From IMG/VR virus record IMGVR_UViG_3300037346_000580, positions 1 to 64,000 of that record: DNA of 64,000 nt. One strand, given 5' to 3'. Each line of letters starts with the position of its first letter. Positions within the stretch are counted from its first letter, which is position 1. Made by a program: the position numbers and the translations under genes. This stretch comes from a virus (lineage: Duplodnaviria > Heunggongvirae > Uroviricota > Caudoviricetes). A model generated the notes under the pieces. That model worked only from the letters and a program-made list of their open reading frames with translations. It did not search any database and was not told where the DNA came from. This document shows positions 48,428-57,565 of the stretch, piece after piece.

Positions 48428-48638
48428 CCCTCAGATTTTCATATTGTTTGATCATACCACTCATATTAAAAAATATAAAGGTTAATACTATTGCTCCTAT
48501 AGAAATCAAACATTCGAACTCAATAAATCTTGTGTCTGCCTGATAAAATAAAAATCCAGAAACAAACCAGAATATCACTGCAAATATCCCCGAATCTCTT
48601 TTAAATTTCTTAGCTTCTTTTAATTGTTCTGTTGTCAT
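48417..48638 (-). CDS. Small membrane protein (73 aa).
   Basis: ORF. Two TM helices. Confidence 0.4.
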   Translation of the reverse strand: MTTEQLKEAKKFKRDSGIFAVIFWFVSGFLFYQADTRFIEFECLISIGAIVLTFIFFNMSGMIKQYENLRDGK

Positions 48639-48902
48639 ATATTATGTTTAAATTAAAAATCCGAATCATTACACAAATATATGGTAATAATTCGGATTAA
48701 AAAAATAACAATAACAATTATTTTAAAATTGTTTTTTAAATTTTACAGAATAGCTTAGTTCTCCTATCTAAATTGGTTGTTTTATCTTTCGATTTTTCTC
48801 GAGGTGTAGTGCAGCAGCCCACTGCAGTTCTCTCCTTACCTAACTATCACCAATGCGTCTATTCCATAAAATCCTGTTCATTCACCACAAAGAACATATT
48901 TC

Positions 48903-49052
48903 ATTTTGTGGTCAGTGCAGGGCTCGAACCTGCAAGGATTTAAAGATATAATCTCCTACTACTTGTGTCTGTAGTATGTCCACCACGTTTCCCCATTAAA
49001 CACACTTTTAGGTACTATGCAGCATGTAAACCATTCCATCAACTGACCATCC
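48903..49052 (-). tRNA. tRNA-like element C. The 3' half is canonical (GCAGG-TTCGAGC-CCTGC, then ACTGACC-A). The matching 5' acceptor GGTCAGT plus a D-arm-like segment lie 150 nt upstream. Possibly an intron/insert-containing tRNA or a small tmRNA-like RNA.
   Basis: Perfect 7-bp acceptor complementarity across a 150-nt span. The internal segment contains TAG-TAG. Confidence 0.35.
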
Positions 49053-49290
49053 ATGAATCAAAAAATTTCGGCCTCGGCTAAAAATATCATCACACATTAA
49101 AACTTTTTTGAATGGTTCAGGTATCTAAATAGATTTAACTATTCTGTATCTACATATCATTAAAGCAGTAACTTTTTTAAGGTTCAAAATCCGAACTGCA
49201 ACTCATTTGGTCCTTAATCCACTTAAGCAGATTTCTAGGTTCATTCCTAGCACAATGTAGATACTACATATAATTGTCATCGTCGATTTT

Positions 49291-49383
49291 GTGGAGAAGA
49301 GAGGGCTCGAACCTCTGCAAGCCGCTAAGCTGTTCCTAAACCTTCCTCTGGATTCGAACCAGACTTCCATCCATAGCTTCTCC
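49291..49383 (-). tRNA. tRNA-like element D (93 nt). Perfect 7-bp acceptor GGAGAAG/CTTCTCC, T-arm AGAGG-TTCGAGC-CCTCT, and an additional internal hairpin TCTGG-TTCGAAT-CCAGA (anticodon-like loop with CGA). Class-II-like length.
   Basis: Manual reverse complement and stem pairing. Confidence 0.45.
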
Positions 49384-49396
49384 TTTTTTAATTTGT

Positions 49397-49456
49397 AGGG
49401 ATAGAAGGAATCGAACCTCCGCTATAAAGCTCTACCACTAAGCTACATCCCGATAT
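49397..49456 (-). tRNA. tRNA-like element E (about 60 nt). Acceptor, canonical D-arm TA-GCTT-AGTGGTA-GAGC and T-arm GGAGG-TTCGATT-CCTTC are present, but only 8 nt sit where the anticodon arm should be. An anticodon-arm-less mini-tRNA.
   Basis: Manual reverse complement. The D-arm and T-arm are textbook; the anticodon stem-loop is missing. Confidence 0.4.
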
Positions 49457-49457
49457 A

Positions 49458-49706
49458 TTAACAATCACCGTTGCATGGTGATTGACATGTTCCCCATACC
49501 TCATAAGAGCATTTCTGTGAATATCCCGTTGGTGAATCCGGGTCAGACCAAGATCCTCCGTTTCTTACGCTACATAAAGGAATTCCCAATGCATTTGCCT
49601 CTATAGAAAGCTTTCGGTATATTCCGAATCTTTGCTTTTTTCTAGCAATCATTCTTCTAAGACCTTCTGCCTTATATTCAGCCTCCTTTGTTTTATCCTT
49701 TGCCAT
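49458..49706 (-). CDS. Small Cys-rich basic protein (82 aa).
   Basis: ORF. Promoter motif upstream (49725-49760). Confidence 0.4.
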   Translation of the reverse strand: MAKDKTKEAEYKAEGLRRMIARKKQRFGIYRKLSIEANALGIPLCSVRNGGSWSDPDSPTGYSQKCSYEVWGTCQSPCNGDC

Positions 49707-49774
49707 GTTCCTTATTAATTACATTGCAAATATATGAAATCCTTTCGAAATAAAAAAATAAAATCATAAAAAAA

Positions 49775-49972
49775 TTATTTTTTTAATCCAGCTATCATTG
49801 ATTCAGCTGATAGCTTTCTGGCCTCCTCCATTTCGAGTGCTGATAGAAATTTATCCAGAGTTAAATCGCAATATTCATCAATCCAGTCACCTATAAAGTA
49901 TAAATTTCTAGTACCCTTAAGAACACCAAATAGAATTGGGTCCTTCGCTTTCTCCACCTCCGCTTTTGTCAT
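49775..49972 (-). CDS. Hypothetical protein (65 aa).
   Basis: ORF. Confidence 0.35.
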   Translation of the reverse strand: MTKAEVEKAKDPILFGVLKGTRNLYFIGDWIDEYCDLTLDKFLSALEMEEARKLSAESMIAGLKK

Positions 49973-50227
49973 CTTAGTTGAGTTGTCATGCTTATCGAAA
50001 TGTAAGATAACATAGTTATCAAATAATTCTGATGTGTCATAACTTCATATTAACTATCATGAAATAGTCCATCACCATCCTCCATTATCTTCACGTCACA
50101 TGGTCCTTCGACAACATCACCTACATTGGTCCAGCCTATCCCATCTGGATCTGTCATGATGACTATCTTATCACCATCGATTTTTTCCAATATCTTAATT
50201 AAATCTCTTACTGTCATTTTATTTATA

Positions 50228-50524
50228 TTATTGCGGTTCTGTTGATCCTATTCCTCCAATTAAATCTCCACCAGTCCAGACTGTGATTATTTGACCTTCT
50301 ATAAATCTTTCACGTGTTCTGTTACGCACCATTATGATCGTATCATCACCTTGTTTATTCCTTGTTTTTAAGCTCGCTGCTCCATCCCAGTTGCTTACCC
50401 TTATTACTCTACCTACATATTTATTTGGCTCCGTATGGAGCGCTATAATAAGCAATATTGATAATATAGGGACTCCGATAAAGACAAGTAATGGTAATAT
50501 AATGTCTTTTAATGCTTCTTTCAT
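50228..50524 (-). CDS. Membrane-anchored hypothetical protein (98 aa).
   Basis: ORF. TM helix. Confidence 0.4.
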   Translation of the reverse strand: MKEALKDIILPLLVFIGVPILSILLIIALHTEPNKYVGRVIRVSNWDGAASLKTRNKQGDDTIIMVRNRTRERFIEGQIITVWTGGDLIGGIGSTEPQ

Positions 50525-50976
50525 TACATGTTTCTTTTGGTGTCTCTGTCTATGTCTTTCTCCTTTATGCTTTGTCTTTTATCATATGTCTTCTTGCCTC
50601 TTGCCAGAGCTATATCCAACTTGATTAATCCTTTCTCGGTAGTAAAGATCCTGAATGGTACTATGGTCATTCCTCTGTCCATTTCATTCTGTAGTTTTCT
50701 AAGCTCGCTCCTATTCAGCAGTAATCTTCTCTCCCTGTTAGGTTCATGAGAATATATGGATGATATCGGGGTTATGTTTAGATTTTTCAGAAAAAGTTCC
50801 TTGCCATTGAAATAACAGTATGAATCTACGAAGGAAACCCTGCCGTCACGAATAGCCTTTACTTCAGATCCCAGTAATTGCATACCAGCAGTTAGAGTTC
50901 TGATGAACTCATAATCAAACTTTGCTTTTCTGTTGTTTATATTAACTTTATTTATCATTATTCCTCTTCTATCCAT
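50524..50976 (-). CDS. smpB: SsrA-binding protein SmpB (trans-translation factor).
   Basis: NRKAKFDYEFI ... AGMQLLGSEVKAIRDG ... DSY ... RRLLLNRSEL ... ARGKKTYDKRQSIKEKD aligns along the full length with bacterial SmpB (NRKARHEY ... GWEVKSLRAG ... DSY ... RKLLL ... KGKKQHDKR). Confidence 0.85.
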   Translation of the reverse strand: MDRRGIMINKVNINNRKAKFDYEFIRTLTAGMQLLGSEVKAIRDGRVSFVDSYCYFNGKELFLKNLNITPISSIYSHEPNRERRLLLNRSELRKLQNEMDRGMTIVPFRIFTTEKGLIKLDIALARGKKTYDKRQSIKEKDIDRDTKRNM

Positions 50977-51209
50977 GCTGCAGCAGTTCGTGTACCGCTT
51001 TCAACACAAGTTAAACCCATATCAGCTTGAACATAACAATTTGGATGCTCTGCAACAAGTTCCTCAAATTTCTTATCTGAAACACAAAGAACAATTATGA
51101 TGGAATCTGTAGGTGTAATCCCAAGATTCTTAACCGCATGGGCAACCTGAGAAGCCACTTTACCCTCGGGCATCTTTAAATTTCTTTTATAAATCGCTTT
51201 TATTTTCAT
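50958..51209 (-). CDS. PTH2-type (archaeal/eukaryotic-like) peptidyl-tRNA hydrolase, short form (83 aa).
   Basis: NLKMPEGKVASQVAHA matches the PTH2 motif DLKMGKGKIAAQCSHA. C-terminal DMGLTCVESGTRTAAA resembles the DAGRT...G..TV block. Confidence 0.55.
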   Translation of the reverse strand: MKIKAIYKRNLKMPEGKVASQVAHAVKNLGITPTDSIIIVLCVSDKKFEELVAEHPNCYVQADMGLTCVESGTRTAAAWIEEE

Positions 51210-51426
51210 TTTTTAATTTTTCAAATTTAACTTCCTCTAATGTTACAATGTTGTGAAAATTACTTTCCAATATAGATGCAAATACACATGATATGAGGTT
51301 AGTATCATACCAATTTTCCGGTGCAAGACTCTTTATATTGTGACTAATATCAGGATTTTCCGCAATGCTATTTAGATATTCCTGATAGTATCGGTCAAGC
51401 TTTTTTTCGTCTATTCTTATCATCAA
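51187..51426 (-). CDS. Hypothetical protein (79 aa).
   Basis: ORF. Confidence 0.35.
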   Translation of the reverse strand: MMIRIDEKKLDRYYQEYLNSIAENPDISHNIKSLAPENWYDTNLISCVFASILESNFHNIVTLEEVKFEKLKNENKSDL

Positions 51427-51616
51427 TCAATCTTTATAAGTTCGCTTGCTCTCTGAAAACATCTTCACGATGGCCATCTAACATCAACCTCATCATCATC
51501 AATCTCAAATGGTGGTTCTACAACCTCACCCAGACCTTCGCCTGCTCCCCAACTATCGAAATCAGAAGGTATCCATGTTTTCTTATTTTTTATTACCTTG
51601 TCACCTATTTCAAATT

Positions 51617-52066
51617 TCATACTGTGATCATTTTAAGTGCTTCTGCAAGTCCGAATTCCAATGCCTCCTCGTACGTTCGCCAATCACTATATTCGTCATA
51701 CCATCTATTAGCATTTAGATTGCCTTCGTTATCAAGTTGACGCATAAATCCCCAACTTGTATAATAATTAATATATTTACCATCTGCTGATAGATCATGA
51801 GAGGCATCAACATAAATGTTATGAACTTCTCTTAACCATTTCTGAAGTAATCCTTGTGTAGGAGCTTCAGCTATAAAATGAGTATATTCATCTTCACTAC
51901 ATCTACCTAAAATTCTTGGTAGTTGATGTGGAAATAAGCAATCACCGCCCCTACCCATTTCTAAAGTGTGTTCTTCTGTTTCAAAATAAGCTTCTTCACA
52001 AAGTACATCAAATCTTTTTTCTTTAGCTAATATAGCTGTTTCTAGAGTTATTCTGTTTTCTTTCAT
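51617..52066 (-). CDS. Member C of the ETAKLA/LQKWLRE/YEEALE family (149 aa).
   Basis: LETAILAKEKRF ... APTQGLLQKWLREVHNIYV ... TYEEALEFGLAEALKMI. Confidence 0.6.
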   Translation of the reverse strand: MKENRITLETAILAKEKRFDVLCEEAYFETEEHTLEMGRGGDCLFPHQLPRILGRCSEDEYTHFIAEAPTQGLLQKWLREVHNIYVDASHDLSADGKYINYYTSWGFMRQLDNEGNLNANRWYDEYSDWRTYEEALEFGLAEALKMITV

Positions 52067-52818
52067 GCTCTTAATCTTTCCATTAGTTTGTCTCTTTCCT
52101 TTATATAATCTCTAGTATCAAAATCTTCATCAAGCATTATTCTAAAATCCTCCCAAATATAATTAACACATCCGAAATCTTCTATTTTTTGGGTTTCCTT
52201 CAACTGCAAAGCAAAATGTAATATTCTCAGAGCGTGAAATATACCTTTCTTTGCACGATCCCTGAATCCATCCCTTGCCTGCATATCAGCAGTGTGCCAC
52301 GAAGCAGAAACTTTGGAGATGATCTTTTTTGTCATCACCTTATTGTCCCACTTTTGTACCTTGAAAGGCCAGGTACTTTTAATAACATCTCCTGGATTCA
52401 ATGACAGGCATTCTAGTGCACTGATATCATAGTTATTTATGGCATCAGTAAATCCACTTCGTGAATAAAGAATCCCCTGGATGTTTCGATTGTCGCTGGA
52501 TATTGCATTCTGTTTAAAAGCACCGCTCTTTAACATTGCTCCTTTGGTAACTATGATGTAATCATGATCTGAATTATGATCAGCAGTTCCATAGATTCGA
52601 CTACCATATCTGTATATGTTTAGCACTGGCTCGTCTATCTTCAGATCTCTGAGAATTTTATGGACTGCAGCTTCCGAATATCCATTCTTAATGTCATCTA
52701 TATAGGCTTGTCTTTCTTCAATATCCTCCTGGGTCAATTTCTCAGGTTCGTCCGAACCTAGAGAGTCAATAGGATTCCATGAATCCAGCATTTTTTGAAA
52801 ATCCGATTTACTATTCAT
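52063..52818 (-). CDS. Pol-beta-superfamily minimal nucleotidyltransferase (motif YGSRIYGTADHNSDHDYIIV), 251 aa.
   Basis: GS-x9-DxD NTase signature. Immediately downstream of the CCA-adding head-domain gene with a 1-nt overlap. Confidence 0.5.
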   Translation of the reverse strand: MNSKSDFQKMLDSWNPIDSLGSDEPEKLTQEDIEERQAYIDDIKNGYSEAAVHKILRDLKIDEPVLNIYRYGSRIYGTADHNSDHDYIIVTKGAMLKSGAFKQNAISSDNRNIQGILYSRSGFTDAINNYDISALECLSLNPGDVIKSTWPFKVQKWDNKVMTKKIISKVSASWHTADMQARDGFRDRAKKGIFHALRILHFALQLKETQKIEDFGCVNYIWEDFRIMLDEDFDTRDYIKERDKLMERLRA

Positions 52819-53555
52819 TATAATTCAAATGTTGGTTTTAGCCAAAGCCCATTTTTAATCAATACCTTTAATAACTTGCCATCCATGTGATCATCACAAT
52901 CTGTAAGCAGTCTCATGGATCTAAGAGTGTCATGCTTCATCATTTTTGATATCTCTTCCCTGATTCTTTCACCACTAACTGTTAGATCTAATTTTTCAAC
53001 AAGCTCGGGTTGCTTCATAGCTTCCCAGATATCGTCACACATAACAAGATCTTTTGTTATAATAAATCTCATGGCCCTTAATAATCTCAAGGGATCATCC
53101 ATAAATGTTATCATTGGATCCCTGGGTGTTCTTAGAACACCAACTCTAAGATCATCCACACCATCAAACAGGTCTATAAGATCTCCTTCCTCGTCTACAG
53201 CCATTGCATTAATAGTAAAGTCTCTTCTGATTAAATCATCCTCAAGAGTTCCAAGTTCTAATCTGGGTCTTCTCGTTCCTTCGATGTACCCAACTTCTTT
53301 TCTTGCCATAACAAAATCTGCTACGAGTTTCTCGTTTGGATCACCTTTAGGAAATCTTGCTCTGATTGTGTACATATCTGGCACTCTAAGAAAGATCTCA
53401 AATCCATTCTCGGTCATCCAAGCATCCATGCCCTGAAATCCCTCCTCCACTGTTTGGCTTAGATCATCTAGCACGAAAGTGAAGTCTATGTCCTTAGAAT
53501 CAATCCCAAGTATAGCATCACGAACGCAACCTCCGACCTTGTATAATTTTGGCAT
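52818..53555 (-). CDS. tRNA nucleotidyltransferase (CCA-adding enzyme / poly(A) polymerase head-domain family), 245 aa.
   Basis: LYKVGGCVRDAILGIDSKDIDF is the GGxVRDxxLG...DxD head motif. RRDFTINAMA matches the downstream RRDFTINA block of class II CCA enzymes. Confidence 0.7.
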   Translation of the reverse strand: MPKLYKVGGCVRDAILGIDSKDIDFTFVLDDLSQTVEEGFQGMDAWMTENGFEIFLRVPDMYTIRARFPKGDPNEKLVADFVMARKEVGYIEGTRRPRLELGTLEDDLIRRDFTINAMAVDEEGDLIDLFDGVDDLRVGVLRTPRDPMITFMDDPLRLLRAMRFIITKDLVMCDDIWEAMKQPELVEKLDLTVSGERIREEISKMMKHDTLRSMRLLTDCDDHMDGKLLKVLIKNGLWLKPTFEL

Positions 53556-53560
53556 AATTT

Positions 53561-53806
53561 CTATTCTATTATTACGTTTCCGTTATTATTATCTACTGAT
53601 TGCCATCCGTTATTTGGATCCCTTAGTATAATGTCTCCTCTGGATAGGGATTCTTTGAATGTAATAATATCAGGATCTCCACAGTCGCATCGGTTTGTGT
53701 GTCCACAATAGCAAAGTTTCTCTCCGTCCATGTTGGCTGAGCTTTCTCTGAGATCTAACCATTCTTTATATTTCTTATCCATGTGCAATTTATTATTATA
53801 TTGCAA
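53561..53806 (-). CDS. Small Cys-rich protein (81 aa).
   Basis: ORF. Promoter motif upstream. Confidence 0.4.
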   Translation of the reverse strand: MQYNNKLHMDKKYKEWLDLRESSANMDGEKLCYCGHTNRCDCGDPDIITFKESLSRGDIILRDPNNGWQSVDNNNGNVIIE

Positions 53807-53865
53807 ATATAAGAAAAATATTCGAACAAAAAAAATAACCTTAATGTGAATTAAGGTTATTTTTA
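53801..53865 (-). promoter_or_regulatory. Conserved promoter motif (TTGCAAATATAAGAAAAATATTCGAACAAAAAAAA) fused to hairpin terminator AACCTTAATGTGAATTAAGGTT.
   Basis: Motif family plus inverted repeat. Confidence 0.5.
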
Positions 53866-53883
53866 AATAAAAATATTAGGGTT

Positions 53884-54267
53884 TTACATTATCATATTTT
53901 TAACTCTAAACATCTGCCTGTTCATTGGCTCGTTCATATCAAATATTATTCTTGATACACCCTTACCCGGCTCAAATTTCCAAGTCATTTCATTTATTCC
54001 CAATGAGCTTTCAAGTATCTTTGCTATCTCGTCAATATAATAACTTATTCTATTTGGAACTGCTCCGTTATAAGCTTTAGACCACCACTCCACAATAAAC
54101 TCAGTATCAGAAAGAGGTTCAGCTACAATGTCAGCTTCCATTGACCTATCGTCAAAGGCCTTGTCAAAGTCAACTCTAAATTTTTTATTCTCTAGATAAT
54201 CCCTTAGGAGATCAAGATTATGCTCGGATTCTTCGTTCCATTCCTCGTAGATTTTTACATTTCCCAT
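53884..54267 (-). CDS. Hypothetical protein (127 aa).
   Basis: ORF. Confidence 0.45.
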   Translation of the reverse strand: MGNVKIYEEWNEESEHNLDLLRDYLENKKFRVDFDKAFDDRSMEADIVAEPLSDTEFIVEWWSKAYNGAVPNRISYYIDEIAKILESSLGINEMTWKFEPGKGVSRIIFDMNEPMNRQMFRVKNMIM

Positions 54268-55115
54268 TATATAAATTTCAGACTATTTTTAACCCTTTTT
54301 AAAGCTTTGATTTGTTTCGAAAGACCTGAGGTTATCTTTAGATCTTTTCCACCCATATTAGAAAACCATAGATCTTTTGCCTCGTCGGAAAAATCATTAA
54401 CAGCACTCTCTAGAGATGGATCCTCTTCCATAGCCCTTGCGATCATAACCATTACTGTATCATCATCAAACTTATATTCATTAGCAATGGCGTCTAGATT
54501 TCCATCAACCAGATCAGAAACCAGAGATTGATATGTTTCATCAACCTGCTCCGCCATTATTTTTTTAAGATTTGGAAATCTCCTTATATCTGCATTAAAA
54601 ATATAATTTGCATCTTTAATAGCATCGATTATTAATTCAATCGTTCTGGTGAATATATTTTTAAGATCTCCCATGTGAATTGTATTGTATGAAACGTCAA
54701 CTTCTATATTTTTACCGATATCTGAGAATTTACGCTTGACGTCATTATCATTAGTATAATATCTTAGCCTCTCGTCGAATAAAAAATTAATTACTATTCT
54801 ATCGTCAATTAAATCGGGAATTATGTGGCATTCTGTGTTTTTTTCAAGATCTCTAACTTTAATTATAAATTCCCTCGGTAAATTGAAATTTATTCTCATA
54901 CTTTTTGGATTATTATCCTTCTTATATCCCCTAGTTAGACTGATTGCAGATATACCTTTATTAAATGATAATTGGTGGTTTCTTTGGTTTCTATAATCTT
55001 CCCATTTTTTGATCATCGGTATTTCTGAGAATGCACCTTCTATCTCATAATATGCACTATAATCTATCTCCTCGTTGATGGCCCAATCTTTAAATTTTTT
55101 CGTCAACATTATCAA
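54267..55115 (-). CDS. Hypothetical protein (282 aa).
   Basis: ORF. Confidence 0.5.
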   Translation of the reverse strand: MIMLTKKFKDWAINEEIDYSAYYEIEGAFSEIPMIKKWEDYRNQRNHQLSFNKGISAISLTRGYKKDNNPKSMRINFNLPREFIIKVRDLEKNTECHIIPDLIDDRIVINFLFDERLRYYTNDNDVKRKFSDIGKNIEVDVSYNTIHMGDLKNIFTRTIELIIDAIKDANYIFNADIRRFPNLKKIMAEQVDETYQSLVSDLVDGNLDAIANEYKFDDDTVMVMIARAMEEDPSLESAVNDFSDEAKDLWFSNMGGKDLKITSGLSKQIKALKRVKNSLKFI

Positions 55116-55527
55116 TCTTAATTTTTTTCTTCCCTGTTGGTCTTGGTTTTTTTACCCTAGGTTCCTCCTCAGATTTTATATAAACCACTGTATTTACAGC
55201 TTCCTCGCTGATGGGTTTTAATTTATGGTAAAGAGCTGCTATCTCGTCGAAAGTTAGATTACTCTTTTTACCATTTATATCAACAGTACACGAAACTACA
55301 TTTCCCTCCACGTATCCCTTTAAAGAATCCACTCTATCGAAGCTTCTTGAAAAAACTCCATCCTCCTCGAATTCTTTATTTGTATAATAACATGTTTTAT
55401 ATGTTAATAGTTTTCTAACTGTTTCTAAACTTAAATCAAATTTTAACTTTCTATCCGCAGCACTTTGATGTATTTTTATCATCTTTCTAGCAACCTCAAG
55501 GTCACTAATTTCTTGTTTTTTATTCAT
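55090..55527 (-). CDS. Hypothetical protein with a degenerate HNH-like segment (SFDRVDSLKGYVEGNVVSCTVDINGKKSN), 145 aa.
   Basis: ORF. Weak resemblance to the HNH nuclease core; the first His appears replaced. Confidence 0.35.
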   Translation of the reverse strand: MNKKQEISDLEVARKMIKIHQSAADRKLKFDLSLETVRKLLTYKTCYYTNKEFEEDGVFSRSFDRVDSLKGYVEGNVVSCTVDINGKKSNLTFDEIAALYHKLKPISEEAVNTVVYIKSEEEPRVKKPRPTGKKKIKIDNVDEKI

Positions 55528-55533
55528 TTAATC

Positions 55534-56271
55534 TTAATTTCTGTGTATTACTTCTATATCCTCAACATCAGTATCCCCAATAGGTATTTTAAGTGACGCG
55601 GTGTAACTCATTGAATCTGAGGCATCACCACAGTTAGCATCCTCCCACGTGTAATACTGATTATTATCATTTCCTTCATAGGATATTTCAAAATTACCGT
55701 GTGCTATCTCATTTCCATTCCAAAATACAATTACTAATTTATCATCACTAGTTGTTTTTGACCAATATATGGAATCTATATCAGTATTAAATCTTAATAT
55801 CCCGAATGTTGGTGGCCACCATCCCTTTAACTCATCCGGAATAAAATAGAAACATATTGTTTTTCCTGAATTACATCTGATTAATATACCTCTACCATAT
55901 TCGCCATTTCTATACGATGGTCGTCTAAGATTAATCTTATCCATCAGGTCTAGAGCTTTTTTCTCCTTGTCAGAAACAATCGGACAATATGCTTCAGGTA
56001 AATATCCCTTATCTTTTAATAATTTAAAAAGTTCGTTATAAACCTCATTGTTTGGTTTATGTGTTATATCAGATAATTTGAGATAAGATCCGGTGAAATT
56101 TGTTTTATCCCTACTATATTTTGCATAATGTCCATATTTATCACACTCAACCTGGTCCATTATATTTGGATTTATACTTTCGAAGTATTCATCAACAGTT
56201 TTATACACTTCCGTCTCCGTTGGTGCGATTTTCACATGATCCTCAATAATTGAATATGTTTCGTTTTTCAT
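55534..56271 (-). CDS. Hypothetical protein (245 aa).
   Basis: ORF. Confidence 0.5.
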   Translation of the reverse strand: MKNETYSIIEDHVKIAPTETEVYKTVDEYFESINPNIMDQVECDKYGHYAKYSRDKTNFTGSYLKLSDITHKPNNEVYNELFKLLKDKGYLPEAYCPIVSDKEKKALDLMDKINLRRPSYRNGEYGRGILIRCNSGKTICFYFIPDELKGWWPPTFGILRFNTDIDSIYWSKTTSDDKLVIVFWNGNEIAHGNFEISYEGNDNNQYYTWEDANCGDASDSMSYTASLKIPIGDTDVEDIEVIHRN

Positions 56272-56303
56272 TTATGTACTTTTCTTTCACTATATATCTA
56301 AAC

Positions 56304-56335
56304 AAAAAAAAAGGACCAGTTGCTCTGGTCCTTTT
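56304..56335. terminator. Bidirectional terminator (A9-GGACCAG-TTGCT-CTGGTCC-T4).
   Basis: 7-bp GC-rich stem with an A-run and a T-run. Confidence 0.65.
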
Positions 56336-56352
56336 AGCATCAATATTTTTTA

Positions 56353-56889
56353 TTAGAATCTATAGTTCACACCAAAGCTAGGCGTATTAAATGGATTAGT
56401 AACTCCACTAAATCCAATTTTTGTTGTACTGTCACCATTCTTAACAGATTTATATGACGCTAAATCAGCTACAGATAAAGTTAAAGATAAGTTTTTAGTA
56501 ACAAAATAATTAGCACCCAATCCTAAATTAGCACTTAGAGTTTTCGTATCGCCTTCTTTATTACTATTTAATCCTAATTGAGAATGTACATTAAAATGCT
56601 CACCGATTCTTAAAAAGTAACATCTAGCGAATGCGCCGAAACCAAAAGAGTCTGTTGTTACACCAGCAGTTTTTGTGCTTTGTGTATTAAGAGAAACACC
56701 AAGAGCAAATTTGTCTGTCACAAAGTGACCAGCTGTTGGATTGAAATCGAATGTTTTTGTATCATCTGAGGATACGAATTTAACAGTACCTTCTACAAAA
56801 GTATCGCCTTTAGAAAATGTTTGAGCAAAGCTCGTTTGCATTGCGATTAAAGCAATTGCGACAAATAAAATTTTTTTCATTTTTTTCAA
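56353..56889 (-). CDS. Outer-membrane beta-barrel protein (OmpA/opacity-like porin family) with a Bacteroidetes-type signal peptide.
   Basis: MKKMKKILFVAIALIAMQTSFAQ signal peptide. Alternating amphipathic strands. C-terminal ...GVNYRF with terminal Phe. Confidence 0.6.
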   Translation of the reverse strand: MKKMKKILFVAIALIAMQTSFAQTFSKGDTFVEGTVKFVSSDDTKTFDFNPTAGHFVTDKFALGVSLNTQSTKTAGVTTDSFGFGAFARCYFLRIGEHFNVHSQLGLNSNKEGDTKTLSANLGLGANYFVTKNLSLTLSVADLASYKSVKNGDSTTKIGFSGVTNPFNTPSFGVNYRF

Positions 56890-56957
56890 ATTTTGATTTT
56901 CCTACTCTGTTAACGGTTTTCGGATTTCACCGTATGTTATATTATATGCTGAATTAA

Positions 56958-57164
56958 TCAGAAAGTTTCAGTATCGTCGAGAAATCTAACAGTCTTCCAA
57001 TCTATATTAGTAATATGCTCAAGCAATTTCTCCAATGCATTAACTCTGTTTCTAAGATCATCAACGGTACCTGTTAGTGAATTTATATCATCGGATTTAT
57101 AGGAGCTATAATGTTTTAGAGCCTCTATATCTTGGCTGATCGTCCCTATTTTATCCTGTGCCAT
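56958..57164 (-). CDS. Small coiled-coil protein (68 aa).
   Basis: ORF. Confidence 0.35.
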   Translation of the reverse strand: MAQDKIGTISQDIEALKHYSSYKSDDINSLTGTVDDLRNRVNALEKLLEHITNIDWKTVRFLDDTETF

Positions 57165-57565
57165 ACAAAATCATTGTTATCAAATAATATACTGTCTCTT
57201 TGCGGGTTGTGAGATATCACTGTCTCTGCTATTGGCGGGGCTGGTATCATTCTTCTTTCCCATCCGTAATTAACCTCCGTAAAATTTGGACGGTATACAG
57301 TATCAATCTCAACTGAATTCTCCTTTATTCTGTGATTACTACACCTCATTAAAATCTTTCCCGTAATCGGAAGAAGATATGAATTATCCATATGGATATC
57401 ATGGATATCAAATCCATCATCCCCTTTGAATCTGATCTGAGATATATCTCTGCTATCACATTTTTCACATTTATCACACATAAATAGTGCTTTCCTCCCA
57501 TACCAAACCATTAGATATGATTCCAAATATGATGGATCTGTCAATGCGTACATCACTCTTTTCAC
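57146..57565 (-). CDS. Cys-rich hypothetical protein (139 aa).
   Basis: ORF. CDKCEKCD motif. Confidence 0.45.
   Translation of the reverse strand: MKRVMYALTDPSYLESYLMVWYGRKALFMCDKCEKCDSRDISQIRFKGDDGFDIHDIHMDNSYLLPITGKILMRCSNHRIKENSVEIDTVYRPNFTEVNYGWERRMIPAPPIAETVISHNPQRDSILFDNNDFVWHRIK

Noticed and set aside
48903-49052. Calling element C a tmRNA outright
   Set aside because: The 150-nt span is too short for canonical tmRNA pseudoknots, and no resume codon or tag ending in ...AA was found. Kept only as a hypothesis.
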